Assembly (NCBI RefSeq): GCF_009914755.1
Contig: NC_060938.1
Length of the DNA stretch: 64,000 nt
Direction: 5' to 3' (one strand)
From: the human T2T-CHM13v2.0 reference genome, Homo sapiens
A program made the translations under genes and the position numbers. Below are positions 12,063-26,560 of this stretch, one piece after another. Under the pieces are notes generated by a model. The model did no database searches, was not told where the DNA came from, and saw nothing but the letters and a program-made list of their open reading frames with translations. The number at the start of each line of letters is the position of its first letter. Positions within the stretch are counted from its first letter, which is position 1.

Positions 12063-14180
12063 TGGATATCAATTTTAGTGAATAAATACATTACTCTAAT
12101 TCAAGAAGCCATAAATTCTTCAATGATTTAGGACACTATGTAGTTTACAATTTACTTTTGGACAGATCGGGCTGTCCTTAATAACACATTACTTATTAAA
12201 AATGCTTTTCTCAGAATGGTTGAAAATTCTTACTGTCAGAGAAAAGGGGAAAGATAATGGGGGTTGTTAAACCCTGCAGAAATATTTTTCAGTCTTTCCT
12301 GAGGAAGTTTAAAGAATGGAAAAGCAGGGTTTACAAAGTGGGGGATGCTTTTCATACTTGTCTAAATTTTGTGCACATATGAATCCACTCTTACTGCACT
12401 GGGCATGCTGTGTGTGCTAAATGGCTTTTTAAAAATCTTTTTACTTTTTCACACTAGAGAGAACATATTGCAAAAATGGCATTGCTTATTTCAGCATGCA
12501 TAGCTATTAATAAATGTGTCATAATGCCCATGTTATTCAGAAATCTCTGTGAAACCTCACTTCATGCTGTCTACATTATAAATGGTTTAGTAATTCAGAC
12601 TGTAGAGTAGCTGATAAAAAAAATGGAACATGTAGTCACATAAAAATAGCATGTTGGGATATACCATTAAAGTTAATTTATATATTCTTCTTTCCAGAGT
12701 GTTGACAAGTTCTACTTAAACATAGGTGCCTAATGTATGTGCTGACATGAAGCAGATATGAATAAAAAGTATATGGTGGGTATAAAATGGAGTCAGTAAA
12801 ATTATTTCTAATTTGTAATCAGATGGGGTAAGTGAACATTATTCTGACATGTGGAATTGTAGTTGAAAACTTTAATGCTCTAATAGGAGGATAAGGAAAT
12901 AACTCATATAACTCCTGAAATGTTCAGTGAATCATTTCTAACGGTTAAAGGAATCAGTGTAGAATTATTTCTGAAATATCTTTAAAACTAAAAATAGGTT
13001 GGACTGTGTTTCTCACTTGCCTGGTAGTTCATCTTCATTGTACAGCCCCTATACAGATGTTATTACCTCATATTCAAGTGGACATCTTAGGCAAACTAAA
13101 CTGTCAGTGAAATATTTTCATCCAATTGGAGTGTAGATTACTAATTTTTTTTTCTAGAAAGCTGTGTTCAGGAAAAATAAAGATAATCATAAAAATAGAA
13201 GTGAAATATCATAGATAGAATACTTCCTCGACCACTTTAATCCTCTTGCACATATACATTGAAGGAGATTTAATGTAAACTTTAACAAATTAGAAAAATA
13301 GAAAATAAGTTGTAAGATCAGTTGTTTTGCTTTTAAAACATCAAGCTGGAAGAACAGTGACTGTAGAGGAAACCAATGCAATAATCACAGGTGAGCACAT
13401 ATAGCCTATATTCGATTTTTTATTGTAGATAGCAATTAAAATAATAAACTCAAAACTGGATGCTCCCTTAAAGTATAGCACTTTCATAATTGGGGTCTAA
13501 ATTGTCTTAAATAATTCATTTGGTCTTTTTTAGATTTTGATGAAAACACACACACATGATCCGAGTCAGCTAAGCATGCATAATGGAACAGAGTAAATTA
13601 GATACAGGTAAAAATAAATGCCTGTGTTGCTTTAGTAATATTTACAGTCAGTTGTATTTTGCCTCTTGGTGATTAGTTCTGAAACTTTGCCTCAAAATAA
13701 ACACTGAACCCACTTACAGTCTCACACTCATTTTTCTTTTTCTCTTATGCTAACGAATGTCTCATCAGATATCTCTTGCTCTTTTTTTGAAGTTGGACCA
13801 GAAAAAAAAAATATCATCTGACCAACTCCAAGCCTAAGCTAAGCTGAAAAATCAAACTTAAACAGATAGCTTAAGATGTGGAGTCGTCCATATGTTTGAC
13901 AAGGGGAAGAAAAAGGAAGTGAAAGAGATTTCTGGGGTTTTGTAGAAATTTGGAACTTGTGTTCAGTCTCAGTAAGAATAACATTTTATAACACTTGAGA
14001 ATTATCCATCTTGATATAAACTTTTACTATTACTTTATTACCAAATCAGATGTTCCACTAATAAACGGAATTCAGAGATAATCCTCCAGACATCTTTGTT
14101 GGCCAATAGCGACAAGAAATCTTCATAACATTTCCAGAGATGTGCACTCTTTGTATAATGCAGTTATTACTGCTAGTCCT

Positions 14181-15290
14181 CGTAGGCAAGGACTTCATGG
14201 CTAAAACACCAAAAGCAACGGCAACAAAAGCCAAAATTGACAAATTGGATCTAATTAAACTAAAGAGCCTCTGCACAGCAAAGGAAACTACCATCAGAGT
14301 GAACAGGCAACCTACAGAATGGGAGAAAATTTTTGTAATCTACCTATCTGACAAAGGGCTAATATCCAGAATCTACAAATAACTTAAACAAATTAACAAG
14401 AAAAAAATCAAACAACCCCATCAAAAAGTAGGCAAAGGATATAAACAGACACTTCCCAAAAGAAGACATTTATGCAGCCAACAGACACATGAAAAAATGC
14501 TCATCATCACTGGCCATCAGAGAAATGCAAATCAAAACCACAGTGAGATACCATCTTACACCAGTTAGAATGGCGAACATTAAAAAGTCAGGAAACAACA
14601 GGTGCTGGAGAGGATGTGGAGAAATAGGAACACTTTTATACTGTTGGTGGGACTGTAATCTAGTTCAGCCATTGTGGAAGGCCGTGTGGTGATTCCTCAA
14701 GGATCTAGAACTAGAAATACCATTTGACCCAGCCATCCCATTACTGGGCATATACCCAAAGGATTATAAATCATGCTGCTATAAAGACACATGCACACTA
14801 TGTTTACTGAGGCACTATTCACAATAGCAAAGACTTGGAAACAACCCAAATGTCCATCAAAGATAGACTGGATTAAGAAAATGTGGCACATATACACCAT
14901 GGAATACTATGCAGCCATAAATAGGATGAGTTCATGTCCTTTGTAGGGACATGGATGAAGCTGGAAACCATCCTTTTGAGCAAACTATCACAAGGGCAGA
15001 AAACCAAACACCACATGTGCTCACTCATAGGTGGGAACTGAACAATGAGAACACTTGGACACAGGATGGGGAGCATCACACATCAGGGCCTGTTGTGGGG
15101 TGGGGGGCAGGGACAAGGGATAGCATTAGGAGATATACCTAATGTAAATAATGAGTTAATGGGTGCAGCACACCAACATAGCACATGTATACATATGTAA
15201 CAAACCTGCACATTGTGCACATGTACCCTAGAACTTAAAGTATAATAATAATAACAAAGAAAATAATAATGTAAAAAAAAAAAAGAAAAA
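14181..15290 (+). mobile_element. 5'-truncated L1PA (L1PA5-7-like) 3' ~1.1 kb with A-rich tail
   Basis: ORF2 C-terminal peptides ([11 protein letters not shown]..., [18 protein letters not shown]...). The 3'UTR ends ...CATGTACCCTAGAACTTAAAGTATAATAA followed by an A tail. Confidence 0.97.
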
Positions 15291-16114
15291 CAAAATGATG
15301 AACGAACTGGAAATAGATTGATATTCAGAAGAGGGTATAGGCGATAATCCTCAACAATATAGCCAATTTCCAGATAACTGAAAACTGGCTAAATACAGAT
15401 TCTGCATCTCATTGATTTGTAGTCATGACTCTTAAAGGTGGTAATCACTTTGACATTACCATATTTTGTCATTTTTCATACGTTATTTCCTGCTTATAAA
15501 TTCATATTCCTCCATCCATAATCTATTACACTTTAGAAATTTTAGTCTCAGCCCCTTTTTAGTTCTCTTTCCTTTAAGATGAATTGATGTGTATTTTTTA
15601 ATGGGCCCTGATATTTTACTTATATATCTAAACATGTAAGTGATAAACTAATAATTGGTATCTTAAAATGATTTTTAAGGAAAGGGGGAAATAGAACAAA
15701 ATGTAAGTAGATGGCCATTACGGTAGTACATATACACATGAGAGCTGATTTGAGAGACGTGCTGAGAAAGATGTATACACATTGGAGAAACATTTTGGGC
15801 AAATATCACCATCTGTGGGATGGAGTGGACAGATATGTGAAATGAAGCTAAAATTCCAAACTTAGGTATAAGGAGATAGAAATTAAGAGAAGCTAGCTTG
15901 TAGAGACAAATATTCTAAATGAGTTATGAATAAATTTTGTGACAGCCAATAAAATGAACAGAAGGTAGGTGGAAATTTGTTACTCAAACTCCAGGTAGAG
16001 GGAAGGTCTAGAGAGAAATTCAATTAAATTCTTGGAGATAGATGAATAGAGTATAAAGACAATGTTTTGAAGAATATATAGTTACAATTTTGGAAGTTAT
16101 TTATAAAGCTAAAT

Positions 16115-16940
16115 TTTATTATAGACCTAGTATATAGGAGCTGTATTGGATGCTAGAAATACAAAGTAGGAATGGAATTGACCTTTTTCTGATTCATGGT
16201 CTACTTGAAAAAAGATAGGTACACATAAATTCAATATAATGTATTCTATTAGTCTTCTAGGGCTGCCATAAACAAAATACCTGGGTGGCTTAAACAACAG
16301 AAATTAATTTTCTCCTGGTTTTGGAAGCTGGAAGTCCAAGATCAAGGTGTTGGTAGTTTTGATTTCTCCTGAGGCTTCTCTCCTTGGCTTTCAATGGCCA
16401 TTTTCTCACTGTGTCTTACATTGTTTTTCTTCTATGCATGTGTATCGCTGGTGTCTCTTCTCTTCCTATGAAAGACACAAGTCATATTGGATTAAAGTAC
16501 CACCCTTATTACCTAATTTAACGTTAGTTATATGTCTAAAGGCTCTATCCAAATACAGTCACATTTTAAGGTACTTGGGGTAAAGAACATCAACATGTAA
16601 ATTTGGTAGGAGGCACAATTCAGTCTAACATGTGGTAAAGCATATGAAAACTACAGTGGTGTCACAGAGAACAGCTAAGTTTGCTATGAAAGAAATGGTA
16701 AAAAAAAAAAAGTTACAGAAGAAGTAAAATTTAAACTAGTTAATCTTGAGTGAAAATATAGAATATTTTAAGAGCAGGAAAAAAAATATAGGATACCATG
16801 TTCAGGGGATGGTGAGTGGTCAGAAAACAGCATAGGCTGCAAAGAAGGAGATATTAGAACATGAAGATAGCGGTATATGAAAAATTACTTTGGAAAATCC
16901 TTCTAGGACATGTCAAGGAAACTGACCTGTATCCTAATGG
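16115..16940 (-). mobile_element. L2 fragment interrupted by MLT1A LTR
   Basis: TTTATT...CTGTATTGGATGCTAGAAATACAAAG lies before the LTR, and purine-rich antisense L2 sequence lies after it. Confidence 0.5.
16245..16630 (-). mobile_element. MaLR solo LTR MLT1A/MLT1A0
   Basis: TATTAGTCTTCTAGGGCTGCCATAAACAAAATAC...GGCTTAAACAACAGAAATT...GCTGGAAGTCCAAGATCAAGGTGTTGG...CCAAATACAGTCACATT...CACAATTCAGTC. Confidence 0.9.
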
Positions 16941-16959
16941 CCTTCTTATTCTTTCACCC

Positions 16960-17680
16960 TTCATCCATCCATCCAGTCCACTGGATGAATTTAGTTTACC
17001 TTTTAAATCTGTTCATTTTCTTCTGTCATTACCAGCCTGGTTGAATATATTGCAATCTCTTGTCTAAGAAACTGAACTAGCTCTAATAGCAACTCCTACA
17101 GCTTTCATTAAACATGATCTTTTCATTATTTAGATGTAAACATTTCACTCCTTTTCCAGAAATCCCTCAAGGGCTTTCTGTAGCAGTTAGGATAATAAGC
17201 TTCATCATGTTCCTGAAGGCATGTATTAATTAGGCCCATTTACCTCTCAAATCTCATTTCCCTCTGTAGCCACACCCAACTTACCTGAGTCTCATCTATT
17301 TGCCAGATTTTTCTAGTCCCAAACCTTTTACATGGCTTATTATTTTTGTTGAAATTATTTCCCTTCTCTTTTCCACCTATATGTTGACACACCTGTCAAC
17401 TCAGCTCATCTCTCCTTCGAGAATTTTTTCTCACTGTCCTAGCTAGATCAAACAGACCCATTATTTGTTATTAAAGAAAGTTTTGTGTACTTTTCTTTTG
17501 TAGAATATATACAATGGAGAATTTTTATTACCCAACATGTTTTTAATACTTCCTCAGATAAGTAGGTAACCTCCAATAAGTAGAGACATGCCAGGTTTTG
17601 CTCACAATTCCATAAATGGTGCCTGATATAGTTTGCAGCACACAATTAAATGTTCTTTTAATATTTGTTGAATTTTGATT
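16960..17680 (+). mobile_element. L2 3' region
   Basis: Pyrimidine-rich L2 body, ending GGTGCCTGATATAGTTTGCAGCACACAATTAAATGTT...ATATTTGTTGAAT. Confidence 0.55.
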
Positions 17681-18089
17681 TAGGGTACTATAATATAGCA
17701 GAGGATAGTGATCCACAGGGGCAATTGATAATATTTTTTACCATGCAGTCTCAACTGAATGAGTCCTACAATGACATGGTCCTTCTTTGCAAATGCATTT
17801 ATACTAAGTGGCATAGTACAATAGTTACAGGGATTTAAAGCAATAAAAATGACCCACATACCCATATTTACTTTACTTCAAAAGTCCATTCTCAATGTAT
17901 GTCCATTTTCGTATATCATTTCCATAGCTCTAATAATAAGGTATATAAACCTTGGCATTTAGGTCTCCACTTGCTGTGTTGTAAGACATTCCCTATATTT
18001 TTGCTACATAGCTCATAATATTTCACATTAGGTTGATGTACAATAATTAGCTTGATGCTAGGGATGCATCAAATACTCCAGATGTTTCT

Positions 18090-19190
18090 TATTTTTTTCT
18101 AATAGACTTTATTTTTAAAAACAATTTTAGGTTCACAAAAAAATTGAATGGAAACTACACAGTTTCTGTGTTCCCCCGACCCCACACATGCAGAGCCCCT
18201 TCCACTATCAACATCTTGCACCACAGTGGTCCACTTTTTACAGTTGATGAACATGTATTGACACATTTTTACCTCTCAAAGTTCATGTGAAGTGACACTG
18301 TTCTCTGGGGTAAGTAGCCGGGGTTCGTTGTCTTGTGCAAAGAAGATTTAGGACTCAGATACACACGAGGAGGAGTTTAGGAGCAGAGGTTTAATAGGCA
18401 AAAGAAAGACAAAGGAAAATAACTCTCTTTCTAGCGTGAGAGAGGGGCTTCTGAGAGGAAAAGACTGGCCGGTGGTGGAGTGCACCGGATTTCATAGGCA
18501 GGCTTGAGGAGGCGGTGTCTGAGTTACACAGGGCTCACAGATTGGTTGGAACGGTGTGACGTTTACATAGCACACAGGGAAGGCTGGCCACTCCACCCTA
18601 ATCTTATTAAACAAATCAGCTTTCCACTTGGCCAGCACCATTTTATCTGCTCCTTACTGTACACATGACTCGCAAAGAGAAGGGAAGATGGAACTGCCAT
18701 TTTGCACGTGTCAAGTTTCAGGTAGCTTTTTCCTGCTGGCATTCACCCGCGCAAGCTTCCAGCTTGCTTATCTGTGTCTGCAGCTCGATTTTACAGGCTG
18801 CTCTTTGTTAGAAAATGATTTTAAGGCTGCTTTTCATTAAAAAGGAAAACCTTACCGAGGACTCCCATACCCTAACTCCCTAAGTCATTTCCTCTTAACT
18901 CCTATATCACATAGTTTACACTGGGGTTCATTCTTGATGTTTTACATTTTATGGGTTTGTACAAATGTATAATGACATATATTCTACATTTCAATATGAT
19001 ACAAAATACTTTTACTGCCATAAAAATCCTCTGTGCCTGTATATTCATTCATTCCCCACTCTCCCTCCCAACCCCTGGCAATTATTGTTCTTTTTATTGT
19101 CTCCACAGTTTTGCCTTTTTCAGAATGTCCTATAGTTAGAATCATATGGTATGTAGACTTTCCAGATTGGGTTCTTGTACTTGGTAACAT
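18090..19190 (-). mobile_element. L1MC1/2-like 3' end split by an ERV1 LTR
   Basis: AATAGACTTTATTTTT...TTTAGGTTCACA...CCCCACACATGCA, resuming after the LTR with CATAGTTTACA...AAAAATCCTCTGTGC...GTTTTGCCTTTTTCAGAATGTC. Confidence 0.9.
18288..18909 (-). mobile_element. ERV1 solo LTR, LTR9-like (HUERS-P3/MER61 group), 622 bp
   Basis: TG...CA termini. The minus strand begins TGATATAGGAGTTAAGAGGAAATGACTTAGG...GGGAGTCCTCGGTAAGGTTTTCCTTTT. The 4-bp TSD is CATG/CATA (18284-18287, 18910-18913). Confidence 0.8.
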
Positions 19191-19632
19191 TGTTGTAAAG
19201 TGGAAGCAAATTTTATTTAAAGATGTGTGATATTGGGAGACAGGCTTATTGTTTTATGATGCAGCTATTAATATAATCCAACTTATATTATACTTATAAT
19301 CCAATTTATATTTGGAATAACAGAGATGATGTTCCCCATATCTTAAGAAACTACCTTCAGACTGTCCAGCAGAGAACAGGAGTCTTTGTCAAATAAATAA
19401 GCTTTTCTTTTTTTTTTTCCTGTCTCTATATAGAGAACACATAAAGGAGTGACCACTACTTTATGTGCTATAAATAGCATTCCCATTTATAATTGGCTAA
19501 TCACAGAAATTAGGCCCCATAGCACTGAAGAGGATCTGTTGCTGGGAAGGAAGATGTTATTTCCTTTGACTTCATGAATGGATGCTGTGACCTCATGCAG
19601 TAACTCAGGCTGCTAAAGAGGACGTATCAGTT

Positions 19633-21212
<1,580 letters not shown>

Positions 21213-21359
21213 AAAGAGGGCGTATCAGTTACATCACTATATTCCTTAAAGGTGGTGCCCGTAATGGGACAAAAGTGATAGTTAGACACGCTCTAAGTAA
21301 TGAGTGTAGTGGAATAATACCTATCTAGATGCTATACTTCTGATAATGACTTTATGACT

Positions 21360-21540
21360 GAAGAAGATTTGAGGAGTTGTTCAACGAGTATGAAATTTCA
21401 GTTCTGCAACATGCGTAAGTTATAGAGATCTGATGGATGACTTTGTGCCTTAATTAATCATGCTGTATTGTACAGTTAAAAGTTTGGTAAGAGGGTAGAT
21501 CTCATGTTAACTGTTCTTACCACAAAACAAAGAAAAAACA
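21360..21540 (+). mobile_element. L1MB-type 3' terminal fragment
   Basis: GGAGTTGTTCAACGAGTATGAAATTTCAGTT...GGTAAGAGGGTAGATCTCATGTTAACTGTTCTTACCACAAAA. Confidence 0.85.
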
Positions 21541-22544
21541 TAAACACTGAAGGAGATTCAAATCACCTTTTTTTTCCAGCTTTGTCCCATTGTGATTTTA
21601 TATTGCACACAAATATAATCAAATATTGTGCTATTTCTTCCAGTTGGTATTGGTGGCTTAAATATACAGCTGCTAAATATTTCCGTCATGTGTATTATTG
21701 TAGAAATAATTTTCAACTCAGGCATTTATATATAATTACAAGAATTTCAATTAATCTACAATTATGCATGATGTTATTATTACAAGCATGTACACTCACT
21801 GGTTTCATTTTTATTACAATATAGCAATTATTTTGTGCAGTGTCAATATGATTTTGCTTTCTCATCATGACATGTATTATATTTCTTTGTTGAAAAATTA
21901 AAATTAAAATCTAACTAGAAAATGTGGGGACATTCTGAAAATAACAATAACTTATTATTTTCCCTACGTATTTCTTCTTTTTGGCTTCATGAGGATGAAA
22001 ATATGGCTAAATGTATACTATTCCTAGCAGCAACACGGAAAATAAAAGGGTACTTGTCTTTTCAATTTTAACCTTTTAATAATATATGTGTTTTTGTATT
22101 TATTATTGTTTCAAACTGTGTTATATTTTTAAATGTTTAGCTACTTCCTAAGTTCTCAAGGGGGAGCTTCATAAGTAGTTGAACAATTTGTATTATTTTA
22201 TTGTATGAGGGATTTACTTTAGTCTCAGAAAAACAGACAAGTGATTTGTCCCAATTTACATTCAATCCAGTAACAACTCATTGAGCCTCCATTCTATCGT
22301 GTAGATGCTAACTGTCAAATACAAAGTCTAATAAGACAAGACCTTTGCTTGTGTGGTAGTCATAGGTTATTTTAATCTCAGTCTTTAAAGTAAATTCTAA
22401 ATTCCGTGAGATCTCATTAGAAGTTTAGTTATTTTAAGGGGATCCTAAGTTATTTACTGCTATGTTTGAATTGCCTTGAGGTAATTCAACGTGAAAGTCC
22501 TAAAGGATTAAAACAAATCTTTAAGAATTTGACCTAAGTAGTGG

Positions 22545-22620
22545 TAGAAGACATTTACTGGGTATCCACTGTGCGCTGGGTGCTGTTATAGGGATTGTAC
22601 ACAAATCGTCTCTATTTAAA
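22545..22620 (-). mobile_element. MIR fragment
   Basis: ACATTTACTGGGTATCCACTGTGCGCTGGGTGCTGTT resembles the antisense MIR tail. Confidence 0.45.
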
Positions 22621-22819
22621 AGAACCTGTATCTTGTTGAAGTTCTTGTACACATTATACTTTCCTTATGGTGCTTGATAGAAAGCTGTCCTCATGTGGTT
22701 GGGGTCTAGTCACCCATCTGTGAACATCGCTCACTGATGTCATATTTAGCCAAATAAAGGTTATCCTCATAATCACATTGCCCCTGAATCTAAGTGTCCC
22801 TTTGAAGCTGTATACAAAG

Positions 22820-23300
22820 TTTTGATTTTTGTTGCCAGTATGTTATATGCAAAATACAAATCTGATCAGGCATTTAACTTGCTTAAAACATATCTGTTGC
22901 CTTTAGTTGAAATCCCATAACACTATTACAACATTCTCCATGATAAGACTTCTTTTGAAATCACCATTCTCATCTCCTGAAATTCCCTCTTCATTTGCTG
23001 CAGCCATCTTGGGCTTTTTAAATTTCATTTGATGTAGCAGCAGTCTCTTATCTCTACTACTTTGAGCATAGTTTCCTCATACAAATATACTCTTGTCTAT
23101 CTTTTCACCACGTAAACTTTTTATACTTATGTTCTTTTCCTCAACAAGAACTTCTCAAGTCCCCTAGAAGGTATATTAGAGTATTCCATGTTCCCGTAGT
23201 TATCTTCTGTAATATTTATAAACATTCATTAATTTGTTTAGTGTATTAAGTTTCTTTTAGGCTTTGTTTCCTGTGACAATTCTATCTCAAGGTTGAATAT
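22820..23300 (+). mobile_element. L2 fragment
   Basis: AAATACAAATCTGATCA...TGCTTAAAAC, CAGCCATCTTGGGCTTTT and CTTTGAGCATAGTTTCCTC. Confidence 0.5.
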
Positions 23301-26300
23301 ATTGAGATTGGATATACTATACCCTATCTTTTTATTTATTGAAATACTTGTATAAGGAAAATTATTGATTGTTTTAAACAACTTCAAGTATTCAAGATTT
23401 GAGGAATCTCTGTCTGCAAAGAATGGCTCAGCCTTGTAATCTCAGCTCTTAGCTTCAAGATTTGTCTTTTCTTTGGGGATCACTCACTAATTTCACGCCA
23501 AGAAAGACATATTAAGTAATCTGCCAAAATCCATGTCCTCTTCTGGTGTCAGTTAAGAGATAAGCTCTAACTATAAGAGAATTGTGAGAAGAGGAGTGGT
23601 TGGACTTCATAGTCCACTAATTGGTAAAAGCTGAATTCACATATTTCCCTTCATAATCTCTCGCTAATTACCTTGGGGTTTGAGAACTGGGAGAATTTAA
23701 ATTTTATTCACATAGTTGTTTTCCATAGTAGCTATTTATGAGAAATCTGCTATATTTTTATAAAAATAAATTTATTCTGTACCCTGCTGCAAAGCTTTAG
23801 TGTATTAAGTGTACAATAGGACAACTTTGAGCCAAGAACTTCATATAAAAGAACAACATATAAAATTGTCTTAAAACGTCAACTCATTGAGTGTGTGTGT
23901 GTGCAGTCCCTTAATTGCATCTACAGAACTACTATATTAATAGACATATCTAGGAGATATTTAGCTGTCATGTAGCCCAGGAATGGTGAATTTCAGGTGC
24001 AGATGTCACCACTGACCCATCCCATGACTAAGGCAGATGTTTCTAATACATCACATTCTTACCTTCTGACCTTGAAGGTCAAATAGCCTGTGATTAATTT
24101 TGCAACATAGGCATCATGCAGCCACTTCCATTTATTCAGAATTCACCTATAAAGAAAAACCTATTTGCCATCTTTAATTAGTAAAACCTCCCACAATTTA
24201 CGTAAGGTTAAACAATATCATGTCAGTGTTAACTTACTTTGTCAAAATCAGACATATAGGAAGGTAGCTGGGTTAGAGATAGGAATCTCTCTGTTGTTCT
24301 TACTTCTCTTGCAGTCAATTCTACATTTTCCCATTCCCTTGGCAAGATTTTTCTCAAATGTTAGTGTTTTAGGAAGATAGTGTGACTCACTTTGAAAAAT
24401 GAGATTTTACAAATATTTTTGAAGGTATTTTGTGTATACACACACACGTATAACTAAAATATTAATAAATTGGCCAGCTCATAAAAAAGACAATTCAAAA
24501 CAATAAGGTTGGATATCACTTTCTCCTATTTCATGTAGAGTATATGTATTAATTTTAGTACATTCTGGGTAATACTTTTTAAGGGGTATAAGGACTTCTC
24601 TAGCTCAGTGTCCTTGCTAAATGATGATCAAGAAAATACATTAACAAATTACAACATAATCTCTTTTGTCCTCATCTGTTAACTTTTCCTGAGTAAGAAA
24701 ACCTGCTCTATAAATGTGTTGTTCCAATATTAATTTGCTGAATTTGATTAGACTTGTAATAATAGGGTCAGACATAGGAAAGAGGATGAAATTTTGAGGA
24801 AATGGTTTGTTCTTGTAAAGATCTGAACTTTAAAGCATTGAAAGCTTTTCATCTTACAAAGTGATTCTAAGCCTAAACAATACATTTTCTATTTCATTTC
24901 TTAAAGGCTTTGGCAGAAATTTAAAGACTTACAGTTCTCACTGAACTTTACCTTGACCTTTAAATATAATGTCCTAATGTAAATAACCTTGAGAACATAA
25001 ATATCTTGACATCTTAATGCTCTGACATTCTATTCGCATTGTCTGATTTTATTTTCTTCTGTTCCACTGATGCTTGAGCATAATTACAAGTACTGCCTTA
25101 GAAAGGCATTATTCAAAATGCGCAAAAGGCTATTTTGCATTAGGGAATTAAAAACCCATTCACTTTGGAAAATAGGAAACTGACTTTGAATTTAAAATAA
25201 TTTCCCCAAAGCTACCATCACATTTAAGAGAAAGATTTCTATAGGGCATGTTTGGCAAATTCTCACATAAAATAGCTACAGAATCACCAGGCTACAACTA
25301 TTTGCTAGTGCATTCAGTAATATAACAGTTTAGTATAAACTTTATTTAAACTTATACAAGGAATGAAAGATGTGGATTTTGAGCATTCACAAGGGAACAG
25401 TACCACATTAATGATTTGATGGATAGCTTGACTATCAGCTCTCAAAATAATCATGTTTTGTAAATGGAGTTCATAAAGAACTCAGTAATTCTGTGATGTA
25501 GTAATGCATACAGAAAAACTAATACAGTGAGCAGTGGCATATAAACTTATTTTCTGCAGTGTTACTCAGAAACACACTATGCTATTTGGAAAATTATAAT
25601 ATTTTACAAAAGCAGCACACCCTCTTCATAAAGGTTTTCTTAGCAGCCATGCATTTTATATCTTTAGTTCTCTGGTTTTATTTTCAGTCAGATAAATATT
25701 AAGATTTTTATGAGTTCCCAATTGCAGTAGTCTCCTAAAGCAGTTTCATAAAATAACCTTTATTATAGCCATGTAATTAAATTATCTTAAGACAGTAGTA
25801 TAGAATATATTCCAAAATTTTTAGAAAAATTACTTGAATGAAAGTGCTCAGTGTACTTAATGTCTTTATGTTTTTTAGATTCATGACTAGGGTAATATGA
25901 AATAATTCCCATCTCTCTCTCATGGGACCAGAACAGTGTTTGCCTTGAAGGCATCATGGAGTCAGAAAGAAAGAAGTTGTTCTAGGACCTGCTCTTACTT
26001 CCTTAAACCTCTCAAGCTAGTTTATTAAGTTGAATTAGCTGCATATTTTTTTCAAAAAGGAAAAGATTAACAGACTAGTAGTAATTAGGAGATGATTTGA
26101 CATTTAAACAAGGTAACTACTTTAACTGTTTTAATAAATGTGTTACATTTGTAACCTGAGTGAAGTTACATTGTATTCTCAAAAATATTTTTATGAATAA
26201 TCTAGAAATTATTTGTTGAATGGAATATAACTAGTTTACTTCTAAGAGAAAACATGCTATTGTAGTAAGAGATATGTAAGCCATAGATTAGCACTGTTTG

Positions 26301-26319
26301 TGCTGTAAGAGATGAAAAA

Positions 26320-26560
26320 TTAACTTGAGAATGAAATATAGTTGGGTTTAATTCTGGTTCCACCACTTACTAAATGTGAAATTCTGCGTAATCTAAATTT
26401 TCTTTCTAAATCTGTGTTGTTATATCTGTAATTTGGATTAATACTACATTTAATGGGTTATTTATATAAATGTGTTATGATAACCTGGTATCTTATTGTC
26501 TCTTTGGAGACAGCATTTGGTAAGTGTAATTCTTGTTGCCATTGCTGCTATTATTATCAT
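26320..26560 (+). mobile_element. MIR
   Basis: GGGTTTAATTCTGGTTCCACCACTTACTAAATGTG...ATCTGTAATTTGGATTAATAC. Confidence 0.6.
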
